Positions 1 to 8,877 of a stretch of 64,000 bases of DNA are shown here, piece after piece (the first letter of the stretch is position 1; each line of letters opens with the position of its first letter). The position numbers and the translations under genes were made by a program. Source of the DNA: Deltaproteobacteria bacterium (GTDB taxonomy: Bacteria > Myxococcota > Kuafuiibacteriia > Kuafuiibacteriales > Kuafuiibacteriaceae); assembly GCA_040218735.1 (NCBI GenBank), contig JAVJQW010000070.1:96001-160000 (forward strand), in the 5' to 3' direction. The notes beneath the pieces were generated by a model that worked only from the letters and a program-made list of their open reading frames with translations, had not been told where the DNA came from and made no database searches.

Positions 1-433
1 TGCACACCAGGATGTTCTCGGGTTTGAGATCGCGGTGGACGATCCTGCGCACGTGGATGTGCGCGAGCGCGCCGAAGATCTGCCGCAGGCAGCGCCGCAT
101 CTCGCGATCGCGCACCGGCCCCTCCGGGAGCGCGCGCAGGTGACGGCGCACGTCCTTCCCATCGAGGAACTCCATCGCGATGAACGGGACGTCGTCCTCG
201 ATGCCCGCGTCGAGGACGCGGACGATGTTCGGGTGCCTCAGGCGGGCGAGCGCGCGGAACTCACGTTTGAATCGAAGGACACCCTCGGCCTCCTCCGCAG
301 CGTGCGGAAGGAGGACCTTCAGCGCGATGCGGCTGCCGTCACGGGTGTCGTTCGCCTCGTAGACGACACCCATCCCGCCCGCGCCGACGCGTTTGACGAG
401 ACGATAACGTCCGATGGTGGTCGGTGCGGCCAT
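1..433 (-). CDS. Ser/Thr protein kinase, N-terminal part (runs off the window start)
   Basis: Not in the ORF track; manual minus-strand translation from ATG 433 gives MAAPTTIGRYRLVKRVGAGGMGVVYEA..IALKVL..HPNIVRV..IVHRDLKPENILVC (Gly loop, VAxK Lys, catalytic loop). Confidence 0.93.
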   Translation of the reverse strand, partial: MAAPTTIGRYRLVKRVGAGGMGVVYEANDTRDGSRIALKVLLPHAAEEAEGVLRFKREFRALARLRHPNIVRVLDAGIEDDVPFIAMEFLDGKDVRRHLRALPEGPVRDREMRRCLRQIFGALAHIHVRRIVHRDLKPENILVC

Positions 434-468
434 GCCCCGCTCCGACGGATCCTACACGTCCGCCGGCA

Positions 469-795
469 CTACTTGGACATCTTGTCGCCGAGGCGGTCGA
501 TGATCTTTTGCTTGGTGTCGGGGTCGGTTTCGACGTCGTCGCCGATCCCGGCCTCTTGACGCATCTCGTCGAGGCGCCCGCTCTTCTCGAAGGCGCGCAT
601 CTCGATGGCGAGGAGTTGCTGCCGCAGCGCCTCGTTGTCCTGTCCGACCTGCTCGAGCTCGAGCTCGTCGGGCACGGGGAATCCGTGGCGCATGCGTACG
701 ACTTTCTCCTCGGCCGGGGTGATCCCGGCGACCGTTTCGGTGGTGACCTGGGTGGAGCGCGTGGCTTTCGACCCGGAGGCGGTCCGATCCGACAT
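469..795 (-). CDS. Small hypothetical protein with a sigma-70 region 4.1-like segment
   Basis: Clean codon usage and own promoter; ITPAEEKVVRMRHG resembles the RpoD LTPREEKVLRMRFG motif. Confidence 0.7.
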   Translation of the reverse strand: MSDRTASGSKATRSTQVTTETVAGITPAEEKVVRMRHGFPVPDELELEQVGQDNEALRQQLLAIEMRAFEKSGRLDEMRQEAGIGDDVETDPDTKQKIIDRLGDKMSK

Positions 796-804
796 GTTGA
801 AGAA

Positions 805-833
805 ACGGTAGTGGAGCGCCCTGGGGCCGTCAA
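805..833 (-). promoter_or_regulatory. Sigma70-type promoter, near-leaderless
   Basis: Minus strand TTGACG-N17-TACCGT-N9-ATG(795); no SD sequence. Confidence 0.6.
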
Positions 834-878
834 ATTAATGACATGCGATCTTCTACGACATCAGGAGGACGCCGCGGA

Positions 879-1649
879 TCACTCGGCCGCGCATCGAAAC
901 CCGATGGTGTTGTCGACCTCCGTGGGGGCCTTCGCCCGCCGCGCCGCGACCCGCACGGTGTGGCTCGTGTCGCGGTAGCTCCCGCCCCGAACGACCCGCT
1001 CGCGGCCGGATTTCGGGCCCGCGGGGTCGGTCGTGTCCTTGTTCTTTCGGTAGTGCGTGGGATCGAAGTAGTCCGCCGTCCACTCCGCGACGTTCCCCGC
1101 CATCTGCAGCACGCCAAAGGGGCTCTCCCCGCCCTCGTAGGCGTTCACCGGCGCCGTCTTCCCGTGGAAGTCGCCCTCCTGGACGCTGTTGGCGTTCTTC
1201 GGGTCGAACGCGCCGGTCCAGGGCCACTTGCGGAAGTCGGCGCCCTTCGCCGCGTACTCCCACTCGGCCTCGGTCGGGAGGCGTTTGCCGAGCCACCGGC
1301 AGAAACGCTCCGCGTCCTCCCAGGTGACGCCGACGACCGGGTGGTCCTCCTGCCCGAGGTCCGGGTCGTCGAGGTACGCGGCGGGATCGCACGCCTTGGC
1401 CGCGATACACGCGCGGTACGCGGCGTTCGTGACCTCCATGCGGTCGATCCGGAAGCCCTGCATCTGGAGCTTCCGCTCGGGGTACTCGTCCGGCTCCCCG
1501 GAGTTGTCGCCCATCGTGAACGATCCCGTCGGAATCGAGACCATCGGCGCGACGACGTCCTTCGGCGCCGCAGCCGGCGCATCGCGGCGCGCGTGCGAGT
1601 AACAGGACGTCGACAGTCCTGCGGCCAAGAGGAAGGCAGCCCAACGCAT
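879..1649 (-). CDS. Formylglycine-generating enzyme (FGE-sulfatase/SUMF1) domain lipoprotein
   Basis: EVTN, HPVVGVTWEDA, RLPTEAEWEYAA, MAGNVAEW, RGGSY and GFRCA motifs; signal peptide with Cys. Confidence 0.9.
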   Translation of the reverse strand: MRWAAFLLAAGLSTSCYSHARRDAPAAAPKDVVAPMVSIPTGSFTMGDNSGEPDEYPERKLQMQGFRIDRMEVTNAAYRACIAAKACDPAAYLDDPDLGQEDHPVVGVTWEDAERFCRWLGKRLPTEAEWEYAAKGADFRKWPWTGAFDPKNANSVQEGDFHGKTAPVNAYEGGESPFGVLQMAGNVAEWTADYFDPTHYRKNKDTTDPAGPKSGRERVVRGGSYRDTSHTVRVAARRAKAPTEVDNTIGFRCAAE

Positions 1650-1689
1650 GGTCCGACAGATACCACACGCGTCGCCGATGCATCGTGTC

Positions 1690-1708
1690 CGTCATCGGCC
1701 CGATGACG
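1690..1708. promoter_or_regulatory. Palindrome in divergent intergenic region (candidate operator)
   Basis: CGTCATCGG-C-CCGATGACG, perfect 9-bp inverted repeat between divergent starts. Confidence 0.35.
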
Positions 1709-1727
1709 CCGGCCCCGCTGAGCCGCG

Positions 1728-4457
1728 TTGCATGCCACCGTGCGCCGGTTCTCGCTCGCCTGTTCGCTCCTGATCCTCGCCGCTTGCAGCGCAGACACCG
1801 GGGACCTCGTGCCCGGCGCCTGCAACACCAACGACGACTGCCTCGCGACCGAGTGGTGCCGCATGGGCGCCTGCCAACCCGGCACCGGCAACGCCTGCGA
1901 GGAGGACGGCGACTGCGGCGCCGGCGAGGTCTGCGACGTCGTCACCGACTGCGGCGCGACCCGGTGCAGCGGCAACACATGCGTGCCCGCGACCTGCGAG
2001 GACCACGAAGACTGCGACGAAGGCTTTCTGTGCGACGACGGCACGTGCGTCGCGGGCCCCGACTGCGAAGACGACGAGGACTGCGACGCGGGCCTCGTCT
2101 GCGACGAAGGCACCTGCACCGCGCCGGGCCCCTGCGAGTCGGACGACGAGTGCGCCGACGGTGACCTGTGCGTCGATGGCGAGTGCGGTCCCCCGGTCCC
2201 CTGCGAAGACCGAAGTGACTGCGAAGACGGCCAGATGTGCTTCGACGGCGCGTGTCGCGACGCGTGCACCGAGGACGCCGACTGCGCCCCGCCGCTGTCC
2301 CGCTGCGACACCGATGCGATGGAGTGCCGGCCGGGCTGCTTCAACGACGGCCAGTGCCCCGAAGGCACGATCTGCGAGGGCTTTCTGTGCGTCGACGCCG
2401 AGTGCTCCAGCGACGAGGAGTGCGACGGAGAGAACGTCTTCTGCGACGGCGGTCGCTGCGCGGACTTCGAGCCGTGCGGGATGAACGGCGAGTGCCCGAC
2501 CGGCTTCGTCTGCGACGAGGCGACGATGCGTTGCACCGCCCTGCCCCCGTGCCGCACCGACCGCGACTGCGGCCCGGAGGCGTACTGCGAGGACGGCTAC
2601 TGCCAGCCCGCCGCGTCCTGCGCGAACATGACCTGCGCCGAGGGCTTCGAGTGCATCGGCGACGTCTGCGTGCCCTCCCCCTGCCGCGGCGACGCGGATT
2701 GCACGGCGCCCGAGGTGTGCATCGGCGGCGTGTGCGGCGAGGCCCCGAGCACGGAGTTCGTCACCGAGGTGCGGATCGTGTCGCCGGCCGGCACGGTGCG
2801 CCCGGGGACGACGTACCGGCACGTCGCGCTCGCGCTCGACCAGGCGGGCCGCGCGGTGCCGGGGGTGACGTTCGACTGGAGCTCGACGTCCACCGCGGTC
2901 GCGACGATCGCCGCGAGTGGCGTCGCCACGGGCGGCGCAACGGCGGGGACGACGCAGATCCGCGCGAGCGTCGACTCGGGCATCGGCCCCGTGACCTCGA
3001 ACCCCGTGGTGCTGACGAACCTCGGCGCGTTGGCCGCGACCGATCTGCGAGTTTCGGTATCGCGGCTGGTCGGCGGGTTGCCGGTCCAGGGTGCGCAGAT
3101 CGAGGTGCTCACGGCCGGCGGTACGGACTCGGCGGTGACGGACGCGACCGGCACGGCGGTGTTCACGCGACCGACCGGCGCGTTCACCGTGACGGCGGCG
3201 CACACGGACTTCGACTGGGTCTCCGTCGTCGCGCCGACGACGTACGACCTCGCGCTTGCGCTCCCGCCTAAGTCCGCGCTCGGGACGACGGCCGGCGTGA
3301 AGGGCGACGTCGACCTCGCGCGCGTCGGGCAGCAGGGGGCGGTCGAGCTGTCGCTGTCAGGGGCGTCGCTGCCGTCGCCGCTGTTCTCGTTCGACCCCGG
3401 CCAGCTCTTCGGCACCGGCAACTTCAACGTCGAAATCCCGATGGTGGGGTCGGTGCCGATCCCCGCGGCGAACACGATCGGGATCGAGCTGATGGGCTTC
3501 CCGCTGTCGTTGAAGGACACCTACTACGCCGAGGCGCAGCCGGGCGTGCGCGCGGTGTGGAGCTTCGGCGGGCGCATCCAGCTCGGCGCGGGGGGCCTCG
3601 GTCCCGAGGCGTTCACGAACTTCCTCGCCGCGATCCTGCCGTTCTACCAGCGCTTCGAGCACGCGGTGCTCCCGGCGGTCACGTTGGTCGCGCGCCCCGA
3701 CATCGTCGACGCCAACGACGTGGACGGTGACGGCGACACGTCCGAGATGGTGCCGGACTGGAGCGGCTTCCCCACGCGCCGCGTGGAGCCGGACACGGAG
3801 CAGAACCTCCGCTATCAGCTGTCGGTGGCGCCGCTGCCGTTCGTGACCGGCGGCAACGCCAACACCCTCATCGTGCTTTCGGGGACGATCGTCCCGGGGC
3901 TCGGCTTCGTTCCGCTCGGCCTCGACGGCCAGAGCGACATGGGCGGCACCGGCATCGTCGACTCGTTCGTCACGAAGATGGCGCCGCGCCACGGCGGGCT
4001 CGAAGCCGGCACCTACGCGGTCCTCGCGATCGCCGTGCGCCTCGACGGCGCGGGCATCGCGGGCCCGGGCTCGGTGCGGCTGTACACGTCGTCCCGCCTA
4101 CCGACGGCGGTCGCGCTCGCCGACGGCTGGCTCGACGTCCCGGCCAGCACGCAGTGGAACCCGATGGCGCGCACCCTCACCGCCGGCCAGCCCCTCGGCG
4201 CGGACCTCTTCCACGCCACGTTCGTCTCGGCGAACGGCGGCTGGCACGTCTACGCCGCGCCGGATCTCGACGGCGTGGTCGACGTCCCGCCGACCCCGAT
4301 GGGCGCAATGGACCGCACCTTCTCCGCGGAGGTCACGTTCGACGTGATCGACCTGCAGGCGGGCACCGACGCGGGGGCGATCTTCGACGCCGCGGCCGGC
4401 GGCGCGCTCGCGGTGGACGAGGCGACCCGAGGCTTCGCGCGCGCGGTGGTGGAGTAG
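1728..4457 (+). CDS. Large secreted lipoprotein: tandem Cys-rich (C-x-x-D-x-D-C) repeats, Ig-like (Big_2) domain and beta-rich C-terminus
   Basis: Lipobox LAAC (start may be GTG 1740); many CxxDxDC..C..G.C units; FDWSSTSTAVATIAASGVATG Big_2 motif; DVDGDGD Ca-binding-like loop. Confidence 0.85.
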   Translation: MHATVRRFSLACSLLILAACSADTGDLVPGACNTNDDCLATEWCRMGACQPGTGNACEEDGDCGAGEVCDVVTDCGATRCSGNTCVPATCEDHEDCDEGFLCDDGTCVAGPDCEDDEDCDAGLVCDEGTCTAPGPCESDDECADGDLCVDGECGPPVPCEDRSDCEDGQMCFDGACRDACTEDADCAPPLSRCDTDAMECRPGCFNDGQCPEGTICEGFLCVDAECSSDEECDGENVFCDGGRCADFEPCGMNGECPTGFVCDEATMRCTALPPCRTDRDCGPEAYCEDGYCQPAASCANMTCAEGFECIGDVCVPSPCRGDADCTAPEVCIGGVCGEAPSTEFVTEVRIVSPAGTVRPGTTYRHVALALDQAGRAVPGVTFDWSSTSTAVATIAASGVATGGATAGTTQIRASVDSGIGPVTSNPVVLTNLGALAATDLRVSVSRLVGGLPVQGAQIEVLTAGGTDSAVTDATGTAVFTRPTGAFTVTAAHTDFDWVSVVAPTTYDLALALPPKSALGTTAGVKGDVDLARVGQQGAVELSLSGASLPSPLFSFDPGQLFGTGNFNVEIPMVGSVPIPAANTIGIELMGFPLSLKDTYYAEAQPGVRAVWSFGGRIQLGAGGLGPEAFTNFLAAILPFYQRFEHAVLPAVTLVARPDIVDANDVDGDGDTSEMVPDWSGFPTRRVEPDTEQNLRYQLSVAPLPFVTGGNANTLIVLSGTIVPGLGFVPLGLDGQSDMGGTGIVDSFVTKMAPRHGGLEAGTYAVLAIAVRLDGAGIAGPGSVRLYTSSRLPTAVALADGWLDVPASTQWNPMARTLTAGQPLGADLFHATFVSANGGWHVYAAPDLDGVVDVPPTPMGAMDRTFSAEVTFDVIDLQAGTDAGAIFDAAAGGALAVDEATRGFARAVVE

Positions 4458-4465
4458 GCGCGCGC

Positions 4466-4548
4466 CTAGACCATAACGGTTCCTCGCTTCGCGAGGGACC
4501 TTGGCACAGGCCTCAGACCCGCCGCATTCGCGGCGGGCTTCGACCTAG
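4466..4548 (+). repeat. CTAG-bounded ~83-bp structured dispersed repeat (MITE/REP-like), copy 1
   Basis: CTAG ACCATAACGGTTCCTCGCTTCGCGAGGGACCTTGGCACAG...CGAC CTAG; homologous to the reverse complements of 14578-14659 and 56001-56083; right CTAG contains the asnS stop. Confidence 0.9.
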
Positions 4549-5936
4549 AACTCACACCAGTTCGGCGTGCGCGGGAACGGGATCACGTCGCGGATGTTCT
4601 GCATCCCCGTCGCGTACATGATGAAGCGCTCGAACCCGAGCCCGAAGCCCGCGTGGGGGATCGTGCCGTACCGGCGCAGGTCGCGGTACCAGCCGTACTC
4701 CTCGACCGGGAGGCCCATCGCCTGGATGCGGGCGTCCAGCACCTCCAAGCGCTCTTCGCGCTGCGAGCCGCCGATAATCTCGCCGACGCCCGGGACCAGC
4801 ACGTCCATCGCGGCGACGGTCTTACCGTCGTCGTTCATGCGCATGTAGAACGCTTTGATCTCGGCCGGGTAGTCCGTGACGATCACCGGCTGCCCGAACT
4901 TCTTCTCGGTGAGGTAGCGCTCGTGCTCGGTCTGCAGATCGCTCCCCCACTTCACCGGGTACTCGAACTTCTCACCGCTCTTTTCGAGGACCTCGATGGC
5001 CTCGGTGTACGGCAGCCGCAAGAACTCCGACTCGGCGACCTTCTCGAGCCGCCCGATGATGCCCTTCTCGATGCGGTCGTCGAAGAACTGCATGTCGTCG
5101 GGGCGCTCCGTGAGCACCGCGCGGATCAGGTACTGCAGGAACTCCGCGGCCAACGCGGCGTCACCCGCGAGATCGCAGAACGCGAGCTCCGGCTCGATCA
5201 TCCAGAACTCCGCGAGGTGACGCGCGGTGTGGGAGTTCTCGGCGCGGAACGTCGGCCCGAAGGTGTAGACGTTCCCGAGCGACTCGCAGCACGTCTCGAC
5301 CGAGAGCTGCCCCGACACCGTGAGGAACGTCTTCTTCCCGAAGAAGTCCTCCGCCGGATCGTGAGCGACAGGCTCGCCGGGATCCTGCGTCGTCACCCGG
5401 AACATCTGCCCGGCGCCCTCGGCATCCGACGCCGTGATGATCGGCGTGTGAATCCACAGAAAGCCGCGCTCGTGGAAGAAGCGATGCACCGCCTGCGCGA
5501 CGCAGTTGCGCACCCGCATCACCGACCCGAACGTGTTCGTCCGCGTCCTGAGGTGCGCGACCTCGCGCAGGTACTCGAACGTGTGGCGCTTCTGCGCGAC
5601 GGGGTACGTCTCCGGGTCGTCGACCCAGCCGATCACCCGCACCGCCTCCACGGCGAGCTCGAGGGACTGGCCCTTGCCCTTCGACTCCACGAGGGTCCCG
5701 TCGACCGAGACGCTGCAGCCCGTGGTGAGCTTCTTGATCTCGGACTCGTAGTTTTCGAGGTCGCTCTTCGCGACGAGCTGGAGCGTCGCGAAGCACGACC
5801 CGTCCGACAGCGCGATGAAGGAGAGCCCGGCCTTGGAGTCGCGGCGCGAACGCACCCAACCCTCGACCGTCACCTTCGAGCCTACCGTGAAGTCCCCGCC
5901 TTCCTTGAAGATGGCGTCGATTCGTACCCGCGTCAT
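4545..5936 (-). CDS. asnS: Asparagine--tRNA ligase
   Basis: OB fold GWVRSRR; [54 protein letters not shown]. Confidence 0.97.
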   Translation of the reverse strand: MTRVRIDAIFKEGGDFTVGSKVTVEGWVRSRRDSKAGLSFIALSDGSCFATLQLVAKSDLENYESEIKKLTTGCSVSVDGTLVESKGKGQSLELAVEAVRVIGWVDDPETYPVAQKRHTFEYLREVAHLRTRTNTFGSVMRVRNCVAQAVHRFFHERGFLWIHTPIITASDAEGAGQMFRVTTQDPGEPVAHDPAEDFFGKKTFLTVSGQLSVETCCESLGNVYTFGPTFRAENSHTARHLAEFWMIEPELAFCDLAGDAALAAEFLQYLIRAVLTERPDDMQFFDDRIEKGIIGRLEKVAESEFLRLPYTEAIEVLEKSGEKFEYPVKWGSDLQTEHERYLTEKKFGQPVIVTDYPAEIKAFYMRMNDDGKTVAAMDVLVPGVGEIIGGSQREERLEVLDARIQAMGLPVEEYGWYRDLRRYGTIPHAGFGLGFERFIMYATGMQNIRDVIPFPRTPNWCEF

Positions 5937-5997
5937 GAGGGCCGGGACGCTAGCTCATCCGACCGCCGTGGGCCACCGTGACCGGCCCCTCGTGACG

Positions 5998-7338
5998 TCA
6001 GCGTCCGGCACCGAAGATGTTGTCGCAGACCAGCTCGTCCGCCGCGGCGCACTTGCCGCCGAGGCACAGCCCGAACGGGCAACCCGTATCGAGACCTTCG
6101 TTCGCGCAGACTTCGCCGACCACCTTCCGCGACGGGCACGTCTCGGTCGCGAAGTCACACAAACCCTCGGCGCACGCGTGCGCGTCGATCGACGAAGAAC
6201 ACGTCGTCCCCGCCACCGCGAGCGCGCGCTCGCACGTGCCCGTCGCGAAGAAGTCCGAGAGCAGGTCACCGTTGGCGTCGACGCACGTCAGACCGATCGC
6301 GCAGACGCTGCTCGCGTCACAGGCATCGCCCGCGTCCAGCAGCTCGGCGCGCTCCGGCGCGGCGAAGTCCGGCTTGCTGCAGAGCCCACCCTCGATCGTG
6401 TCGGCACAGACCAGGCCGAGCTGGCAGCCGCCGCTCGAACCGTTGCACGCGCCGCCCTCACCCGCCGGGGTCGCGCAGGTGTTCGTGTCGAAGTCGCAGA
6501 AGAGCCCTTCGTTGCACATGGCGGCGAAGAAACACCCCTCGCCCCGCGCGGCGCGGTCGACACAGACCGGGGCGGCGGAGCCGTCACCGTACTCGCAGTA
6601 GGAGCCGCGCTCGCAGCAGGACGGATCCGAGCACGCCTCGCAGGACGACCCCTTGGCGATGGTCTCGGCGCACAGGGAGTCACCGGTCTCTTGGTAGGCG
6701 CAGAAGCTCCCGACGGCGCAGCTCACCCGGTGGTCGTCGCCGGGGAAGTTCTGTTCGCACGCCTCGCCGATCGCACCGAGCGGTACACATCGTTCTTGGG
6801 CGTAGCTGCAGTACTGGCCTGCGCCGCAGCTGCCCTGGGTGCAGCTCTCCGCGCGCGGCCGACACGTGCCGGGGCACGCGAGATCGTAGGTGCACTCGAG
6901 GTCTTCGCCGCAGTCGTCGAAGACCAGCCCGCTGCACTCGGCGCCCTCCTCAGCGGTGCCCTTCGCGAGGTGGTCACACATCGCCAGGGTGTCGTTGAAC
7001 CCGAAGCGGAGCGCGGCGACCTGGTCGCACTCGAGGCCTTCGAACACGTCGATGCAGGCGTCGAGGCGCCGCACGTCCAGCGCGACGCCGAGGTCGGTCA
7101 ACAGGGGCTTGGTGAAGGCGGCGCAGCCGGTCTGTTCGACGCAGGCTTCGACCGTGGTGGCGTGGTTGTAGACGACGGCGCCGCAGGAGATCTGGACTTT
7201 GCAGCCGGCCGTCATCGCCTCGCAGAACGTTCGTTCGACGGGTTCGACGGGCGTCGGGTCGGGGGAGTCAGCGCCGCTACAAGCCGCGGCGACGAAGAGC
7301 GTTACGGTGAAGAGTCGGTTGAATTGGAAGTCATTCAT
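5998..7338 (-). CDS. Cys-rich secreted lipoprotein
   Basis: Lipobox AAAC; repeated G-E-x-C...C-x-x-G-L-x-C modules. Confidence 0.8.
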   Translation of the reverse strand: MNDFQFNRLFTVTLFVAAACSGADSPDPTPVEPVERTFCEAMTAGCKVQISCGAVVYNHATTVEACVEQTGCAAFTKPLLTDLGVALDVRRLDACIDVFEGLECDQVAALRFGFNDTLAMCDHLAKGTAEEGAECSGLVFDDCGEDLECTYDLACPGTCRPRAESCTQGSCGAGQYCSYAQERCVPLGAIGEACEQNFPGDDHRVSCAVGSFCAYQETGDSLCAETIAKGSSCEACSDPSCCERGSYCEYGDGSAAPVCVDRAARGEGCFFAAMCNEGLFCDFDTNTCATPAGEGGACNGSSGGCQLGLVCADTIEGGLCSKPDFAAPERAELLDAGDACDASSVCAIGLTCVDANGDLLSDFFATGTCERALAVAGTTCSSSIDAHACAEGLCDFATETCPSRKVVGEVCANEGLDTGCPFGLCLGGKCAAADELVCDNIFGAGR

Positions 7339-7351
7339 GCCGCCGCCCTAG

Positions 7352-7367
7352 AGCATCCGGCGTGCCG
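7352..7367 (-). promoter_or_regulatory. Putative sigma54 (-24/-12) promoter
   Basis: Minus strand CGGCACGCCGGATGCT with GG-N10-GC spacing, about 14 nt upstream of ATG 7338. Confidence 0.45.
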
Positions 7368-7460
7368 ATCGATCGGCCTGCGCTCGCGGGCGCGACGCGT
7401 CGTCGCGGCGCATCGCTTTCGCGTCGCCGGCGCCACAGCCCCATCGAAATTTCGTGAGCG

Positions 7461-8864
7461 TCACTCTTCGACGTGCCACAGCCGTCGGTGCGCCGCCGCC
7501 GCCGCCGCACGGACGTCGTCCGACTTCGCGTTCTTCGACGCCTGGGCGAGCGGCTCGATCGCTCGGATGTCGCCGAGCTGACCGAGCGCTTCGGCCGCGG
7601 CCGCCGCGACGTTCGGGTCGCCGCCCTGCAACGCATCGATCAACGGGAGCGTCGCGCGTTGGTCGTTTCGTTTGGCGAGCACACGGGCCGCCGCGACGCC
7701 GCGGGGCCCCCCGCGCTTCAACTCGCGCAGGTATTCGGGCACCGAGCGCGGTCGACGCGCGACGGTCGGTCGCGCAGGCTGGCCTGCGGCGACCGTCGGC
7801 GTGAATGGATCACGATCGTCCGCGTCCTCCGCGAGCGGGCGTACGGGGATTTCGACCGCCGGCGCCGCGATGGGCGTCGCGTTGGACCGCTCCAGCCGGG
7901 CGTCGGGTTTTGTGGCGGCGGCGATGACCCCCACCGCGACGATCGCCGTCGCCGCGAGCGCGAACCGCTCCAGCCGCGCGACGTTCGGACGCGGCTTCGC
8001 CGAGGCCGGCTCCTCCTCGGCGGCGTCGGCGACCAGCCCGAACAGGTCCGACTCGGCCTCCCCCTCGATGCTTTCGAGGGCGTCGACCAGCGCCTCGAAC
8101 GAGGCGAACCGGTCCGCGGGATCCTTCGCGAGCATCTGCTCCACCGCCGCCGCGAGCGCCGCCGGCACCTCGGGCGCGAGCGGGGGGAGCGGCTCGTTGG
8201 CGTGCAAGAAGATCGTCGCGACCGCGGTGTCGGCGTCGAACGGGGGCGCCCCGGTGAGGAGGTGATAGAGCGACGCGCCGAGCGCGTACTGATCGGAACG
8301 TGGATCGACGACCTTCCCCTGCCCCTGCTCCGGTGACATGTAGTGCGGCGTCCCGAGCGTCGTGCCGTCCGCGGTGTACGAGGACGGCGCGTCGAGGATC
8401 TTCGCGAGCCCGAAGTCGGCGATCTTCACGAGCCCGTCCTTCGTGACGAGGAGGTTGTGGGGTTTGATGTCGCGGTGGAGGACGCCGACCGCCTCCGCGG
8501 CGGCGAGGCCCTCGGCGACCTGGATCGCGACGTCGATCGCGGCGGCCGCGCCGAGCGTTCGGTCGGCGTCCAAGATGGTGCTGAGGGGGTGCCCGTCGAC
8601 GAGCTCCTGTGCGATGAACGCGTCGCCGTCGTGCTCGCCCACCGCGTGCACCTGCACGACGTTCGGGTGGACGATCCGGGCCGCGGCCTTCGCTTCGATC
8701 GTGAAGCGGCCGCGGCCTTCGGGATCGAGATCGGTCAGCACCTTGAGCGCGACGGGGCGCTCCAACGCTTCGTCCCACGCGCGGTACACGACGCCCGACG
8801 CGCCGCGGCCGAGGAGGCCATCGACCCGGTAGGCGCCGATGCGTTGGGGGGTGGCCTGCACCAC
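7461..8864 (-). CDS. Membrane-anchored Ser/Thr protein kinase with C-terminal HEAT repeats
   Basis: LGRGASGVVY, VALK, HRDIKPHN, DFG, GTPHYMSPE; TM helix; AAAEALGQLGDIRAIEPL HEAT motif. Confidence 0.92.
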   Translation of the reverse strand: MVQATPQRIGAYRVDGLLGRGASGVVYRAWDEALERPVALKVLTDLDPEGRGRFTIEAKAAARIVHPNVVQVHAVGEHDGDAFIAQELVDGHPLSTILDADRTLGAAAAIDVAIQVAEGLAAAEAVGVLHRDIKPHNLLVTKDGLVKIADFGLAKILDAPSSYTADGTTLGTPHYMSPEQGQGKVVDPRSDQYALGASLYHLLTGAPPFDADTAVATIFLHANEPLPPLAPEVPAALAAAVEQMLAKDPADRFASFEALVDALESIEGEAESDLFGLVADAAEEEPASAKPRPNVARLERFALAATAIVAVGVIAAATKPDARLERSNATPIAAPAVEIPVRPLAEDADDRDPFTPTVAAGQPARPTVARRPRSVPEYLRELKRGGPRGVAAARVLAKRNDQRATLPLIDALQGGDPNVAAAAAEALGQLGDIRAIEPLAQASKNAKSDDVRAAAAAAHRRLWHVEE

Positions 8865-8877
8865 CTGCGATTTTACG

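Noticed and set aside
4466-4548. tRNA interpretation of the 83-bp element (tRNA-like length, TTCG motifs)
   Set aside because: No cloverleaf with acceptor stem, anticodon arm and CCA end; bounded by CTAG on both sides
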